Source: Deinococcus radiodurans R1 = ATCC 13939 = DSM 20539 (lineage in GTDB: Bacteria > Deinococcota > Deinococci > Deinococcales > Deinococcaceae). Taken from it: DNA of 32,000 bases. This document shows, piece by piece, positions 1-12,243 of this stretch. The DNA lies in the NCBI RefSeq assembly GCF_000008565.1, contig NC_001263.1:765776-797775 (forward strand), in the 5' to 3' direction. Every line of letters starts with the position of its first letter. The stretch's first letter is position 1. The notes beneath the pieces are model-generated. The model saw only the letters and a list, made by a program, of their open reading frames with translations, did no database searches and was not told where the DNA came from. A program made the position numbers and the translations under genes.

Positions 1-2320
1 TGTCCAGCGCACTCGGGCGGGTAATCAGCGGCAGCAGGCGCTCGATGGCCCCTTCGCGCCGCAGCTCTTCCAGGCTGAGGTTGACGCTGGTGCGCCAGTT
101 GCGTTGCCCGGTGGCGTCGCGCAGCTGCGTGCGGCCCTGCACCGCCTCGCGCACCACCCATTCGCCGATGGAGGTGATGAGGTCGCTGCGCTGCGCGAGG
201 GGCAGAAAGCGGGCGGGCGAGACGTTGCCGAGTTCGGGGTGTGTCCAGCGCAGCAGCGCCTCGGCGCCCAGCACCCGGCCGTCTTTGAGGCTGACCGCCG
301 GCTGGTAGAGCAGCGAGAACTGCTCGTGTTGCAGGCCGCGGTCCAGCACCGCCCGCAACTGGTCTTCGAGCTCGAAGGTCTGGGCTTCCTCGGCGCGCAT
401 GTCCGGCTCGAACACCGTCAGTTGCCCGCGTCCCTGGCGCCGGGCGTGTTGCAGCGCCACCTCGGCGTCGGCCAGGGCTTGCTCGGGGGCCGCGGCCAGC
501 AGCGGCGCGGCCCCCAGCGAAAAGGTCACCGGCACCAGCCGCTTGCCGGTCCGCAGCGGTTCGCGCAGCGCCGCCTGGAGCTTCTGGCCCCCCACGGCGG
601 CCCCGAGCTGCGGCAGGTACACGGCGAAGGTGTCGTCGGCCAGCCGCGCCGCCTGCCCGCCTTCCAGCTCCGCGAGGTCGTTGAGCCGCGCCGCCACCTG
701 AATAAGCAGCAGGTCGCCCGCCGTGCGGCTCAGCGCCGCGTTGAGGCCCCCGAAGCCGTCAATGTCGAGGCAGGCGACCATCCCGCCCGTTTGTGCTGCC
801 GTGGCCTGACCCAGCGCCGCGCGCAGCCCGCTGCGGTTGAGCAGGCCGGTCAGCCCGTCGTGCGAGGCGTCGTGGCGCAGTTTGGCCTGGGCGCGGCGCA
901 GGGTGGTCACGTCGCGCAGCGAGAGCAGCAGCTCGGGCGCGGCGCTCCGGCCCGGGGAAGCGGCCGAGGAACCGGTGGACTGACCGCTCCCCGGCAGGGC
1001 CGAGAGGCTGATTTCCAGATGCCGGGTCACGCCGCCGGGCAACACGGCCAGCACCTCGCCGTTGTGCGGCAGGGTCAGCGCCGAGAGGGGGGGCACCGTC
1101 AGCGGGTTGCCCTGCGGGGTGTGCAGCTTGATGCCGAGTTGCTGGTGCAGGCGCGGCAGCGGCAGCCCGGTCAGGGCGATGTTGTGGGGGTCGAAGCCCA
1201 GCAGCCGCGCCGCCGGCTCACTGATGAGCTGCACCCGGCCCTGCGGGTCGAGCAGTATGGTGGCCGCGCCGCTCAGGTGCAGCAGCCGCGCCGCGCCGTT
1301 GTCCTCGCTCACCGCGGCGGGTCGGACACCCTCGGCGAGCAGCAGCCCCGGCACGGTGTCGCTGCGGCGCACCAGCAGCGGCAGTTGCCCGCCGCGCGCC
1401 AGTGCAATCTCGCTCGGCACCGGGCTGGGCCGCCCCGCCTCTGCGCTCTGAATGAGGTCCTGAAGCAGCCGCGCGCCCGCCGGAGCCCAGCAGGGCCACT
1501 CGTGCAGGGGCCGCTGGGGGTGAGCCTGGGCTTCGGCGAGGTCTTCGGGTTCCCCCAGCAGTTGACGCATCCCCCGGCTCGCCCCCTGCACCGCGCCGCC
1601 CGGTCCCAGCAGCGCCAGCGGCAAGTCGGTGCCGAGCAGCGCGGCGAACTGGGTCGTCTGGGTGTGCTCGGTGCTCACGTCCTGCACGGTCCACAGCACG
1701 CCCGCCGCCGCGCCGCCGAAGTAAGGCCGCGCCGACCCACGCAGCCAGCGCTCCCCGCTGTGCCCCGGCAGGGACGGCACCCGCTCGTCGCCGAGTTGCA
1801 CGGCCCGCCCAGCCGCCGCGCTGTCGAGCTGCTGCGCGAGCGCCGCGTGGTCGGGAAAAACCTCGTGGACGGTGCGGCCCAGCACATCCGCCCCGGTCAG
1901 CCCGAACAGTTCCAGAAAGGTGCGGCTGACCTGTCGGAACTCCAGCTCGGCGCTCAGCCACGCCGTTGCGGCGGGAAGCTGGGTGATCAGCATGTCGGCC
2001 TCGCGGCTCGCCCCCTCGGCACTCGCCGCCGAGAGCAGCAGCGTGAGCACCTGCACCGCGCCGTCGGGCACCGGCGCCCCGTCGGACCACAGCAGTCCCA
2101 GCAGCGCTCCGTCGCGCGTGATCCAGGCGAGGTCGCCGTGTTCGAGCCAGTCGTCGGGCGGCACCAGTTGCGCTTCCTCGGTGGGCGCGCCCTCGGCCTG
2201 AATGTTCAAAATCCGTTGCCCGATGGCGGCCAGCAGGGTGGCCTGCGGAGCGTGCAGCCGGATCAGGTCACGCAGGGCAATGGGCAACGCGGCATGGGCA
2301 TCGGTCGGGGCAGCGGGCAT
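1..2320 (-). CDS. PAS / degenerate-GGDEF / EAL signalling protein; the C-terminus runs off the window (3' partial)
   Basis: Absent from the ORF track because no stop lies in the window. My reverse-complement translation starts at ATG 2320-2318 (GAGG 9 nt upstream) and reads MPAAPTDAHAALPIALRDL... It contains PAS-like 'FLELFGLTGADVLGRTVHEVFPDH', GGDEF-domain 'HDGLTGLLNRSGL..DIDGFGGLNAALSRTAGDLLL..RLADDTFAV' and EAL-domain 'EQFSLLYQPAVSLKDGRVLGAEALLRWTHPELGNVSPARFLPLAQRSDLITSIGEWVV'. The + ORF 104..2470 is its antisense mirror. Confidence 0.85.
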   Translation of the reverse strand, partial: MPAAPTDAHAALPIALRDLIRLHAPQATLLAAIGQRILNIQAEGAPTEEAQLVPPDDWLEHGDLAWITRDGALLGLLWSDGAPVPDGAVQVLTLLLSAASAEGASREADMLITQLPAATAWLSAELEFRQVSRTFLELFGLTGADVLGRTVHEVFPDHAALAQQLDSAAAGRAVQLGDERVPSLPGHSGERWLRGSARPYFGGAAAGVLWTVQDVSTEHTQTTQFAALLGTDLPLALLGPGGAVQGASRGMRQLLGEPEDLAEAQAHPQRPLHEWPCWAPAGARLLQDLIQSAEAGRPSPVPSEIALARGGQLPLLVRRSDTVPGLLLAEGVRPAAVSEDNGAARLLHLSGAATILLDPQGRVQLISEPAARLLGFDPHNIALTGLPLPRLHQQLGIKLHTPQGNPLTVPPLSALTLPHNGEVLAVLPGGVTRHLEISLSALPGSGQSTGSSAASPGRSAAPELLLSLRDVTTLRRAQAKLRHDASHDGLTGLLNRSGLRAALGQATAAQTGGMVACLDIDGFGGLNAALSRTAGDLLLIQVAARLNDLAELEGGQAARLADDTFAVYLPQLGAAVGGQKLQAALREPLRTGKRLVPVTFSLGAAPLLAAAPEQALADAEVALQHARRQGRGQLTVFEPDMRAEEAQTFELEDQLRAVLDRGLQHEQFSLLYQPAVSLKDGRVLGAEALLRWTHPELGNVSPARFLPLAQRSDLITSIGEWVVREAVQGRTQLRDATGQRNWRTSVNLSLEELRREGAIERLLPLITRPSALD

Positions 2321-2467
2321 GGGGTTCAACCTCGGAAAAAGCGGGAAGCGGGAGAAACGGGCGCGTCGGGGCGCCTTGAAATGAACTGCTGTTCTGAGCT
2401 TGCCACGTCGCCTCTTACGGTCTTCATGCAAGCCAAAGAAATAGGAGGAAACTTGCTGCTGGGCGCT

Positions 2468-2574
2468 TAGAGCATTGGATACAAAAAGACCCCCTCACCC
2501 CTTGCTTCGCAAGGCCCTCTCCCACCAGGGTAGAGGGTCAAAAATCCAAAGCATTCTTATGTCGAACACTCTAG
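2468..2574 (-). repeat. Small noncoding repeat (MITE-like), copy A, inverted relative to the copies at 10775 and 28947
   Basis: The reverse complement aligns along its length with 28947..29055. The shared core is gaccctctacc..gggagagggccttgc(a/g)aagcaaggggtgaggg. Imperfect terminal inverted repeats are tagagcattggataca / tgtcgaacactcta. Confidence 0.85.
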
Positions 2575-2595
2575 GGACACCCATCGATCAACAGC

Positions 2596-2628
2596 AAAAG
2601 GCCCACCGCCGCGTGTGCAGGGTGGGCC
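2596..2628 (-). terminator. Rho-independent terminator downstream of minE
   Basis: GGCCCACC (2600-2607) pairs with GGTGGGCC (2621-2628). On the minus strand the hairpin is followed by TTTT (plus-strand aaaa 2596-2599). Confidence 0.6.
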
Positions 2629-2646
2629 TTCTGAGGAGAGGAGAAT

Positions 2647-2933
2647 TCAGGCGCTCGGTTTGTCCGACTTGTCCTCGGCGGCGCTCTCTTCTTCGGTGCT
2701 GAGCGAAGCCTCTTCGATGGAGATACTCGCCATCAAGACCACCTTGTCACCGTCCTGCTCGACCTCGACCTTGGAGTTGCCCGAGGGGAAGTACTTTTGG
2801 ACGACTTCCAGCAGGTCGTTGCGCAGGGCCTCGACCTTGCCGGGCGCGATCTTGGCGCGGTCATAGGCGAGCACCAGTTCGAGGCGGTCCTTGAGCGTTT
2901 CCTTGGAGCGGCGTCCCTTGAACCAACCGAACA

Positions 2934-2934
<1 letters not shown>
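2647..2934 (-). CDS. minE: Cell division topological specificity factor MinE
   Basis: 95 aa: MFGWFKGRRSKETLKDRLELVLAYDRAKIAPGKVEALRNDLLEVVQKYF... The ATG overlaps the minD stop (ATGA at 2934-2937 region). It has an acidic C-terminal tail. Confidence 0.9.
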
Positions 2935-3740
<806 letters not shown>

Positions 3741-3880
3741 GCTTGGCGCAGCATAGCAAGGCAACGTGAAAATGTAAGCCTGTGGGGGTGGAGGCCGGGG
3801 GAGGGGTTGCGGCAGGTGTGCCGGGTGGGGACAGCGGCCCCGAATGCAGGCGCCGGGAAGCCGGTAGACTGCCGGGCAGC

Positions 3881-4570
3881 ATGACCCGACTTTCCGGAAA
3901 CAATCAGAACCGCAGCGTCCTGATCATCGGCACCCTGGTCGCCGCCGCGCTGATCGCCCTCGCCCTGTTCGCCGTGCGCGGCAAGAGCACGACCACGACT
4001 GGCGAGGCGCAGACCTTCACCTACGCCAACTTGCCCTACGCGGGGCAGGCGAACGCGCCGGTCAACGTACTGGTCGTCGAGGACTTCAAGTGCCCCAACT
4101 GCAAGTCCTTCGAGGAAACGGTGGCGCCCGAACTGCGGACCAAATACGTGGGGACCGGCAAGGTCAAGATGTACTCGCTGGTCTACCCCTTCCTCGCCGA
4201 CCGTCTACCCGAAGACGACAGCAAGTACGCCGCCCAGGCCGCCCGCTGCGTCTACGCTCAGGGCAAGAACGACGCTTTCAATACCTACAAGGAAATCCTG
4301 TTCCGCGCCCAGGGCCCGGAAACCGAAGTCTGGGCCACCAAGTCGCGCCTGAAGGAGCTGGCGACCAGCCTCGATATCGACCAGGCCAAGTTCGCCACTT
4401 GCCTCGACAACGACGAAACCGCCGCGCAGGTCGAGACCGACAAGCAAGAAGCCCTCAAGGCGGGCGTGGGCGGCACCCCCACCGTCTTCGTCAACGGCAA
4501 GCTGGTGAATGTCCAGAGCGATTACGTCAAGGACATCTCGGCGGCCATCGACGAAGCCCTCAAGCCGTGA
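3881..4570 (+). CDS. Membrane-anchored DsbA/BdbD-like thiol:disulfide oxidoreductase
   Basis: Thioredoxin-fold CxxC motif '[11 protein letters not shown]'. An N-terminal TM segment ([20 protein letters not shown]) follows ATG 3881. The track start 3782 adds a G/R-rich extension that I reject. Confidence 0.8.
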   Translation: MTRLSGNNQNRSVLIIGTLVAAALIALALFAVRGKSTTTTGEAQTFTYANLPYAGQANAPVNVLVVEDFKCPNCKSFEETVAPELRTKYVGTGKVKMYSLVYPFLADRLPEDDSKYAAQAARCVYAQGKNDAFNTYKEILFRAQGPETEVWATKSRLKELATSLDIDQAKFATCLDNDETAAQVETDKQEALKAGVGGTPTVFVNGKLVNVQSDYVKDISAAIDEALKP

Positions 4571-4580
4571 GCAGCGGGGC

Positions 4581-5042
4581 ATGAACCGCGACACCCGGTT
4601 GTACCTGGCCTGGTTGGTGGCCCTCGCCGCCACCCTTGGCAGCCTGTATTTCAGTGAGATTCGGCACTTCAACCCCTGCCCGCTGTGCTGGGCGCAGCGC
4701 ATCTTCATGTACCCGCTGGCCGTCATTCTGGGCATCGCGGCGTTTGTGGGCGACCACGGCGTGCGGCGCTACGTGCTGCCGCTGGCGGCGCTGGGGCTGG
4801 GCTTCGCCATCTTCCAGAACCTCGAAACCTGGGGTTTCGTTCAGTCCATCAAGGCGTGCACCGTCAACGCTGCCGCTGCCTGCAACACCCCCTGGCCGGT
4901 GTGGGGAACCAGCCAGGACACGCTGAACCGTGCGCTCACCATCCCGGTGCTGAGCATGATCGCCTTTGCGCTGATTCTGGCGCTGCTGAGCTGGCCCCGG
5001 CAGCGCGTGACCGTGCCCGAAAGCGCGGCAGTCCAGGGCTAA
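4581..5042 (+). CDS. DsbB/BdbC-family disulfide bond formation protein
   Basis: [51 protein letters not shown] shows a CPLC pair in the first periplasmic loop. A second Cys pair sits in '[16 protein letters not shown]'. There are four hydrophobic segments. The start is 10 nt after the DsbA-like stop. Confidence 0.8.
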   Translation: MNRDTRLYLAWLVALAATLGSLYFSEIRHFNPCPLCWAQRIFMYPLAVILGIAAFVGDHGVRRYVLPLAALGLGFAIFQNLETWGFVQSIKACTVNAAAACNTPWPVWGTSQDTLNRALTIPVLSMIAFALILALLSWPRQRVTVPESAAVQG

Positions 5043-5044
5043 AG

Positions 5045-5074
5045 TTGCAACTCGAGCGCCCGGCCCCCTATACT
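5045..5074 (+). promoter_or_regulatory. Candidate sigma70-type promoter for rplS
   Basis: TTGCAA (5045-5050), an 18-nt spacer, then TATACT (5069-5074). This leaves a ~110-nt leader before the AAGGAGA RBS and ATG 5190. Confidence 0.35.
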
Positions 5075-5189
5075 TCTCCGGCCCGGTTTGCCTGCCAGCG
5101 TGCAGCGCGAGCCTGAAAAGGAGTACGAACGTTTCTGCCCGTGAAGAGCGGGACCTCGGAGACGGTCCGCTGCCCGAAGGAGACCCCCC

Positions 5190-5690
<501 letters not shown>

Positions 5691-5706
5691 GTCCAGGGCT
5701 CCCAAG

Positions 5707-5745
5707 CCCGCCTGCCTCCGCGTGAGGTGGGCGGGTTTCTTTTGG
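5707..5745 (+). terminator. Rho-independent terminator after rplS
   Basis: cccgcctgcctc / gaggtgggcggg form a 12-bp stem with a 2-nt internal mismatch and loop cgcgt, followed by tttctttt. Confidence 0.65.
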
Positions 5746-5760
5746 CTGTGGGGTGGGCGT

Positions 5761-6333
5761 TTACAGGTAAGCCAGTTCCCAGTCCTTGGCCCCGTGCGCC
5801 AGCCCTGCTCGCAGCAGCGCGAGGCCACTCGGCGCCGGGTCGCGCCAGTGGGGGAGGCCACTCAACTCAGCCTCGAACTCGGCCAGCGGGCGGCGGGCGA
5901 CGGGCTGCACGGTGTCTGTTACGGTGCCTGCGCTGACCTCATAGACCGCGCTATACACGTTGCCTTTGCGGGCGTCGAGGCTCACCGCCTGCGGGCCGTC
6001 GCCGCGCACCAGACTTTCCAGGGTGGACACGCCGCGCACTTCGGCGCCCCACACGCGGGCGAGCCCCAGCGCGTAACTCGCGCCGACGCGCACGCCGGTA
6101 TAGGAGCCGGGGCCGGTGCCGATAACGATGGTCTGGGCCTGAAACGGCAGCCCCGCCGCCCCGAACAGGGCACGGGTCTCGTCGGCCAGCCGCTCGGCGC
6201 TCGCCCGCCCGACCTCCTGCACCCGCTCCAGCTCGCCGCCGGGCCAGCTCACGGCCAGCGTGAGGAAGGGGGTGGCGGTGTCCAGGGCGAGGGTCACAGA
6301 AAGAGGGGTGACAGGGGCGGCGGAGACGGTCAT
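5761..6333 (-). CDS. tsaB: tRNA t6A37 biosynthesis protein TsaB (YeaZ family)
   Basis: 'LALDTATPFLTLAV' and 'VIGTGPGSYTGVRVGASYALGLA' are the characteristic TsaB/YeaZ motifs. 190 aa. Confidence 0.85.
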   Translation of the reverse strand: MTVSAAPVTPLSVTLALDTATPFLTLAVSWPGGELERVQEVGRASAERLADETRALFGAAGLPFQAQTIVIGTGPGSYTGVRVGASYALGLARVWGAEVRGVSTLESLVRGDGPQAVSLDARKGNVYSAVYEVSAGTVTDTVQPVARRPLAEFEAELSGLPHWRDPAPSGLALLRAGLAHGAKDWELAYL

Positions 6334-6340
6334 CGGGCGT

Positions 6341-6346
6341 ATTAAA
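6341..6346 (-). promoter_or_regulatory. -10 box abutting the tsaB start
   Basis: On the minus strand: TTTAAT, 7 nt, then ATG (6333). Confidence 0.35.
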
Positions 6347-6470
6347 GCAGAGGCCGGGGCAGGCGCCCGTGTGCCCTGCCCGCTCTCATCTCTTTGTCAC
6401 CCCGGCAGGGACGTTTGACCGCCCCTTTTTCGCCCCCTGGAAGAAGGGCAGGTGTTATCCTCTGCTCACT

Positions 6471-7604
<1,134 letters not shown>

Positions 7605-7623
7605 GCGGAGAAGGTAAGAAAGG

Positions 7624-7657
7624 GGGCCGGAGCATGGCGCTGCGGCCCTTTTTCTTT
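7624..7657. terminator. Hairpin terminator between convergent gltA and the DUF72 gene (possibly bidirectional)
   Basis: gggccg (7624-7629) pairs with cggccc (7643-7648), followed by tttttcttt. The minus strand has tttctta after the hairpin. Confidence 0.6.
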
Positions 7658-7672
7658 GCTGCCTGTTTCGCT

Positions 7673-8500
<828 letters not shown>

Positions 8501-8507
8501 GGGGGAG

Positions 8508-8513
8508 AGGGTA
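8508..8513 (-). promoter_or_regulatory. -10 box abutting the DUF72 gene start
   Basis: On the minus strand: TACCCT, 7 nt, then ATG (8500). Confidence 0.4.
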
Positions 8514-8655
8514 GCGGGTGGGCGTGGGAAACATATTTACAGTCCGCAGAGAATCCCAGCAGAGACTTGGAACTCCAGTAGCTCTCAGGGCAAGCAGGAG
8601 CAGGCGCTGCCTTGCATTGGCGTCCTGCGCCCTGAACGTCTGACCCCGTTCCGCC

Positions 8656-8661
8656 TACAAT
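8656..8661 (+). promoter_or_regulatory. -10 box abutting the zapE start (leaderless architecture)
   Basis: TACAAT, a 7-nt spacer, then GTG 8669. No SD is present. Confidence 0.45.
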
Positions 8662-8668
8662 CTCCCCC

Positions 8669-9724
<1,056 letters not shown>

Positions 9725-9751
9725 GGGACTTTTCCCTGTCCTCCAGCTCCC

Positions 9752-10777
9752 ATGTTTCGCCGTGACCCCCTCATGGCCCAGTGGCGCGCCGTGGCCCGCT
9801 TGCTTGAACTGGACGACGCGCAGGCCCGCGCCCTGCTGGGGCTGGTGCGGCAAACCTTGCGGCGCGGCGGGGTGCTCGGCGTAGCGCGGGGAGACGAGCG
9901 GCAGCTGCTGACCTTCGGCGGCGTACCGGAAAATGGCGTCTTTGAGCTGGCGAGCGTGACCAAGCCCTTCACGGCGGCCCTCGCCTCGGCGCTGGTGCGC
10001 GATGGGCGGCTGGACTGGAACGCGCCCCTCGCCGCGCTCGGCGGGCCGCTGCGCCGCTTGCCCCGCGCGCTGACGCCTTATGCGCTGGCGACCCACACGG
10101 CGGGGCTGCCTCCGCAACCGGCGCGGGCTGCGCTGACCACCTTCACCCGGTTTGCCGACCCCTACGGCGGCATGTCACCGGCGGACGTGCTGGCGAGTGC
10201 CCGCCGCTGGGCCAATCCGGGGCAGGCGGGGCGCTTCGGATACTCCAACCTCGGCGCGGGGGTGCTGGCGCTGGGGCTGGCGCACGCGGCGGGGGAGGAG
10301 ACGTCGGCAGCGGGCTATAAGCGGGCGCTGCGTCGCCTGGTCACCTTTCCACTCGGACTGCCGGGCGTGGGTCTGACCCCGGCGCGGGATGTCGTGCCGC
10401 CTTACGGTCTGCTCGGCGGGCAGGCGGTGACGGGCTTTGCCGAACTCGCGGGCGCGGGGGGCCTGTTCGGGAGCGCGGCGGAGTTGCTGCACTTCGGCGA
10501 GGCGCACCTGAGCGGGGCAGCAGGGCAGCACTGGCGGCAGGCGCAGGCTTTTCCCGGCTTGCCGCCGCTCTACGCCGGGGCCGCGCCGGGGTGGTTTCAA
10601 TCGGGGAGCACCGTCTGGCACGACGGCATTGCCCGTGGCACCCGCACGGCGCTCGGGTTCTCGCCGCGATCCGGCGCGGTGGTCACGCTGCTGGTGCGCG
10701 GAGCGGTGCCGCTGGTGGGGGTGCGGGCGGGGGTACCGCTTTTGCTGCTCGGGTTGCTGGGCGGGACAGACCGTTAG
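9752..10777 (+). CDS. Beta-lactamase-fold serine hydrolase
   Basis: SxxK 'SVTKPF' and YxN 'YSNLG' motifs. The start is uncertain (ATG 9752 or 9773). The TAG stop is the first triplet of repeat copy B. Confidence 0.75.
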   Translation: MFRRDPLMAQWRAVARLLELDDAQARALLGLVRQTLRRGGVLGVARGDERQLLTFGGVPENGVFELASVTKPFTAALASALVRDGRLDWNAPLAALGGPLRRLPRALTPYALATHTAGLPPQPARAALTTFTRFADPYGGMSPADVLASARRWANPGQAGRFGYSNLGAGVLALGLAHAAGEETSAAGYKRALRRLVTFPLGLPGVGLTPARDVVPPYGLLGGQAVTGFAELAGAGGLFGSAAELLHFGEAHLSGAAGQHWRQAQAFPGLPPLYAGAAPGWFQSGSTVWHDGIARGTRTALGFSPRSGAVVTLLVRGAVPLVGVRAGVPLLLLGLLGGTDR

Positions 10778-10877
10778 AGCATTTGACAGAATGATCAGAT
10801 CTGTCTTTGACCCTCTACCAAGGGGAGAATTGTCAAGCTGCGAAGTAGAGGGCCTTGCGGAGCAAGGGTGAGGGGTC
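10775..10877 (+). repeat. Small noncoding repeat, copy B (lacks the right terminal repeat)
   Basis: tagagcatttgaca..ctttgaccctctacc..gtagagggccttgcggagcaagggtgagggg shares the left TIR and core with 28947..29055. It fills the entire spacer between two convergent genes. Confidence 0.8.
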
Positions 10878-10878
10878 T

Positions 10879-11709
10879 TCACGTCCAGTCCTGCGCGAAC
10901 TGCTCCCAACTCGCCGTGTCGCGGGGGCACCCGCCCGTCTCCGTCCATTCCCAGTAGGGGGTGTAGAGGCTGCGGGCGGTGACCAGCTCATCGCGGAAAA
11001 TCCGGGCGCTGAGGCCGGTGTCCAGCAAACCGCTCGTTTCAAAGCGCTGAAGCACGCCGCTGCGGTCGTAGGGCACCCGGCGCAGCTCGGTCTGCCAGCC
11101 CTGCGGCGTGGCGGTGAGCAGCAGGTACTGCGCGCGGGGGTCGCCGTCCGCCGGAGAACCGACGGCCCCGGTGTTCAGCACCCTCACGCCGCCCACCAGC
11201 GCGTCGGCCTGGCGGTGGATGTGCGAGCCCACCAGCACGCCCGCGCCCGACTCGTCGGCAATGCGGCGAACCAGCGCGGGGTCGGTGCGTTCGCTCAGGC
11301 CCCGGCGGTAGTCGTCGGGGGTGCCGTGCGCGAGCAGCACGTCGGGCAGGCCGGGCACGCTCAGCCGCGCGGTCAGCGGCCAGTCTCCCGGTACGTCGAG
11401 CAGCCCTGCCGCGTGCAGTTGCTCGGTGCTCCAGGCCGTCGCGCCCCAGAAGGGGTCGTCGTACCAGTCCTGCGGCAATTTATCGCTGCGCGTGTGCCAC
11501 AGCCGCAGCAGGTCGTCGTGGTTACCGAGGACAAACGACGTGTCGTCGCGGGCGAGCAGTTCTTCCATCACCTGCACCGAATCCGGCCCCCGGTTCACCA
11601 CGTCGCCGTTGACGATCAGCCGCTCGGCGCCCTGCTCCGCCGCGTCTTTCAGCACGGCCCGCAGGGCGTCGGCGTTTCCGTGGATGTCGGCCAGCACAGC
11701 AATTCTCAC
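10879..11709 (-). CDS. Calcineurin-like metallophosphoesterase
   Basis: 'VRIAVLADIHGN', 'GDVVNRGP', 'GNHD' and 'GSHIH' motifs. I prefer GTG 11709, which is preceded by TACAAT-N6, over ATG 11805, which adds 32 odd residues. Confidence 0.78.
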   Translation of the reverse strand: MRIAVLADIHGNADALRAVLKDAAEQGAERLIVNGDVVNRGPDSVQVMEELLARDDTSFVLGNHDDLLRLWHTRSDKLPQDWYDDPFWGATAWSTEQLHAAGLLDVPGDWPLTARLSVPGLPDVLLAHGTPDDYRRGLSERTDPALVRRIADESGAGVLVGSHIHRQADALVGGVRVLNTGAVGSPADGDPRAQYLLLTATPQGWQTELRRVPYDRSGVLQRFETSGLLDTGLSARIFRDELVTARSLYTPYWEWTETGGCPRDTASWEQFAQDWT

Positions 11710-11715
11710 GGGGGC

Positions 11716-11721
11716 ATTGTA
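11716..11721 (-). promoter_or_regulatory. -10 box abutting the metallophosphoesterase GTG
   Basis: On the minus strand: TACAAT, 6 nt, then GTG (11709). Confidence 0.45.
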
Positions 11722-11783
11722 GGCGCCGCTTCCGAAGAAAATACTGAAGAAAACCCCATACCCGTTCAGGCCCCGTTTGTGGT

Positions 11784-11789
11784 TACAGT
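11784..11789 (+). promoter_or_regulatory. -10 box abutting the start of the 131-aa secreted protein gene
   Basis: TACAGT, 6 nt, then ATG 11796. Confidence 0.45.
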
Positions 11790-11795
11790 AGGGCC

Positions 11796-12191
11796 ATGAA
11801 GCCACTGAAGATGCTGACTGTTGTTCTGCTGGGTGCTGGAACGTTCGCTTCGGCGGCTTCGGTGACTTCGGCGGTCAAGACCGAGATCAACCAGCTCGCC
11901 CGCCAATACACGGGCCGCCCGTGCCTGAGCAATGGCGAATACGGCCTGGACACCGAGCCTTTTGGCCGCAAGGTGTCGCCGAGCGAGCTGAGGACGGCGC
12001 GGGATATCCTGTACCGTCAGTTGCTGGAAGGTTTCGACCAGAGTGCACGCAAAAACCACTTCACCTACGAGGTGCGCTACAACCAGAACCGCGTCTGGGT
12101 CTGGGCCAAAGCCCCCAACTCCTCCCGGCAATATTTCACCTTCGCGACCCTCAGCCCGACCGGCATTCGAATGGTGAGCTGCCTACAGTAA
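11796..12191 (+). CDS. Small secreted hypothetical protein (signal peptide, two Cys)
   Basis: MKPLKMLTVVLLGAGTFASAASV is a signal peptide. Amino-acid composition is normal. The gene is followed by a strong hairpin terminator. I recognise no family. Confidence 0.6.
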   Translation: MKPLKMLTVVLLGAGTFASAASVTSAVKTEINQLARQYTGRPCLSNGEYGLDTEPFGRKVSPSELRTARDILYRQLLEGFDQSARKNHFTYEVRYNQNRVWVWAKAPNSSRQYFTFATLSPTGIRMVSCLQ

Positions 12192-12207
12192 GCGGACAAG
12201 AAGAAAC

Positions 12208-12240
12208 AGGCCCCTTCCCGCTGTGGAGGGGGCCTTTTGC
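12208..12240. terminator. Bidirectional hairpin terminator between convergent genes
   Basis: aggcccc (12208-12214) pairs with ggggcct (12229-12235) and extends to ~11 bp. TTTT follows on the plus strand and gtttctt on the minus strand. Confidence 0.65.
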
Positions 12241-12243
12241 TGT

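Noticed and set aside
2321-2467. A hairpin (ggcgc-cccgac-gcgcc) upstream of the GGDEF/EAL gene, considered as an attenuator or riboswitch.
   Set aside because: The stem is only 5 bp, there is no convincing U-tract, and I can recognise no conserved riboswitch core.
104-2470. A 788-aa + strand ORF, the longest in the track.
   Set aside because: It is the antisense mirror of the GGDEF/EAL gene. Its composition is R/A/G/Q/P-rich with no motifs, whereas the minus strand gives clean PAS/GGDEF/EAL motifs. The same reasoning rejects other long antisense ORFs: 4560..5861(-), 6342..7577(-), 7496..8368(+), 9239..10117(-), 10855..11799(+), 12827..14497(-), 16543..18162(-), 17882..18805(-), 19686..20411(-), 20850..21638(-), 21716..22399(-), 24392..25738(-) and 28011..28919(-).
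2550-2574. A possible radiation/desiccation response motif (RDRM-like palindrome) at 'ttcttatgtcgaacactc'.
   Set aside because: Only one half-site (TTATGT) is present and the other half does not mirror it. The sequence is simply the terminal repeat of the small noncoding repeat.
3741-3880. Longer N-terminal versions of minD (3764) and the DsbA-like gene (3782). The same applies to 4509 (dsbB-like), 6369 (gltA), 14705 (propeller), 25870 (aroC) and 27194 (aroK).
   Set aside because: The extensions are G/R/P-rich or overlap neighbouring genes and repeats. Conserved family N-termini begin at the internal ATGs, several of which have the -10-N6/7 context.
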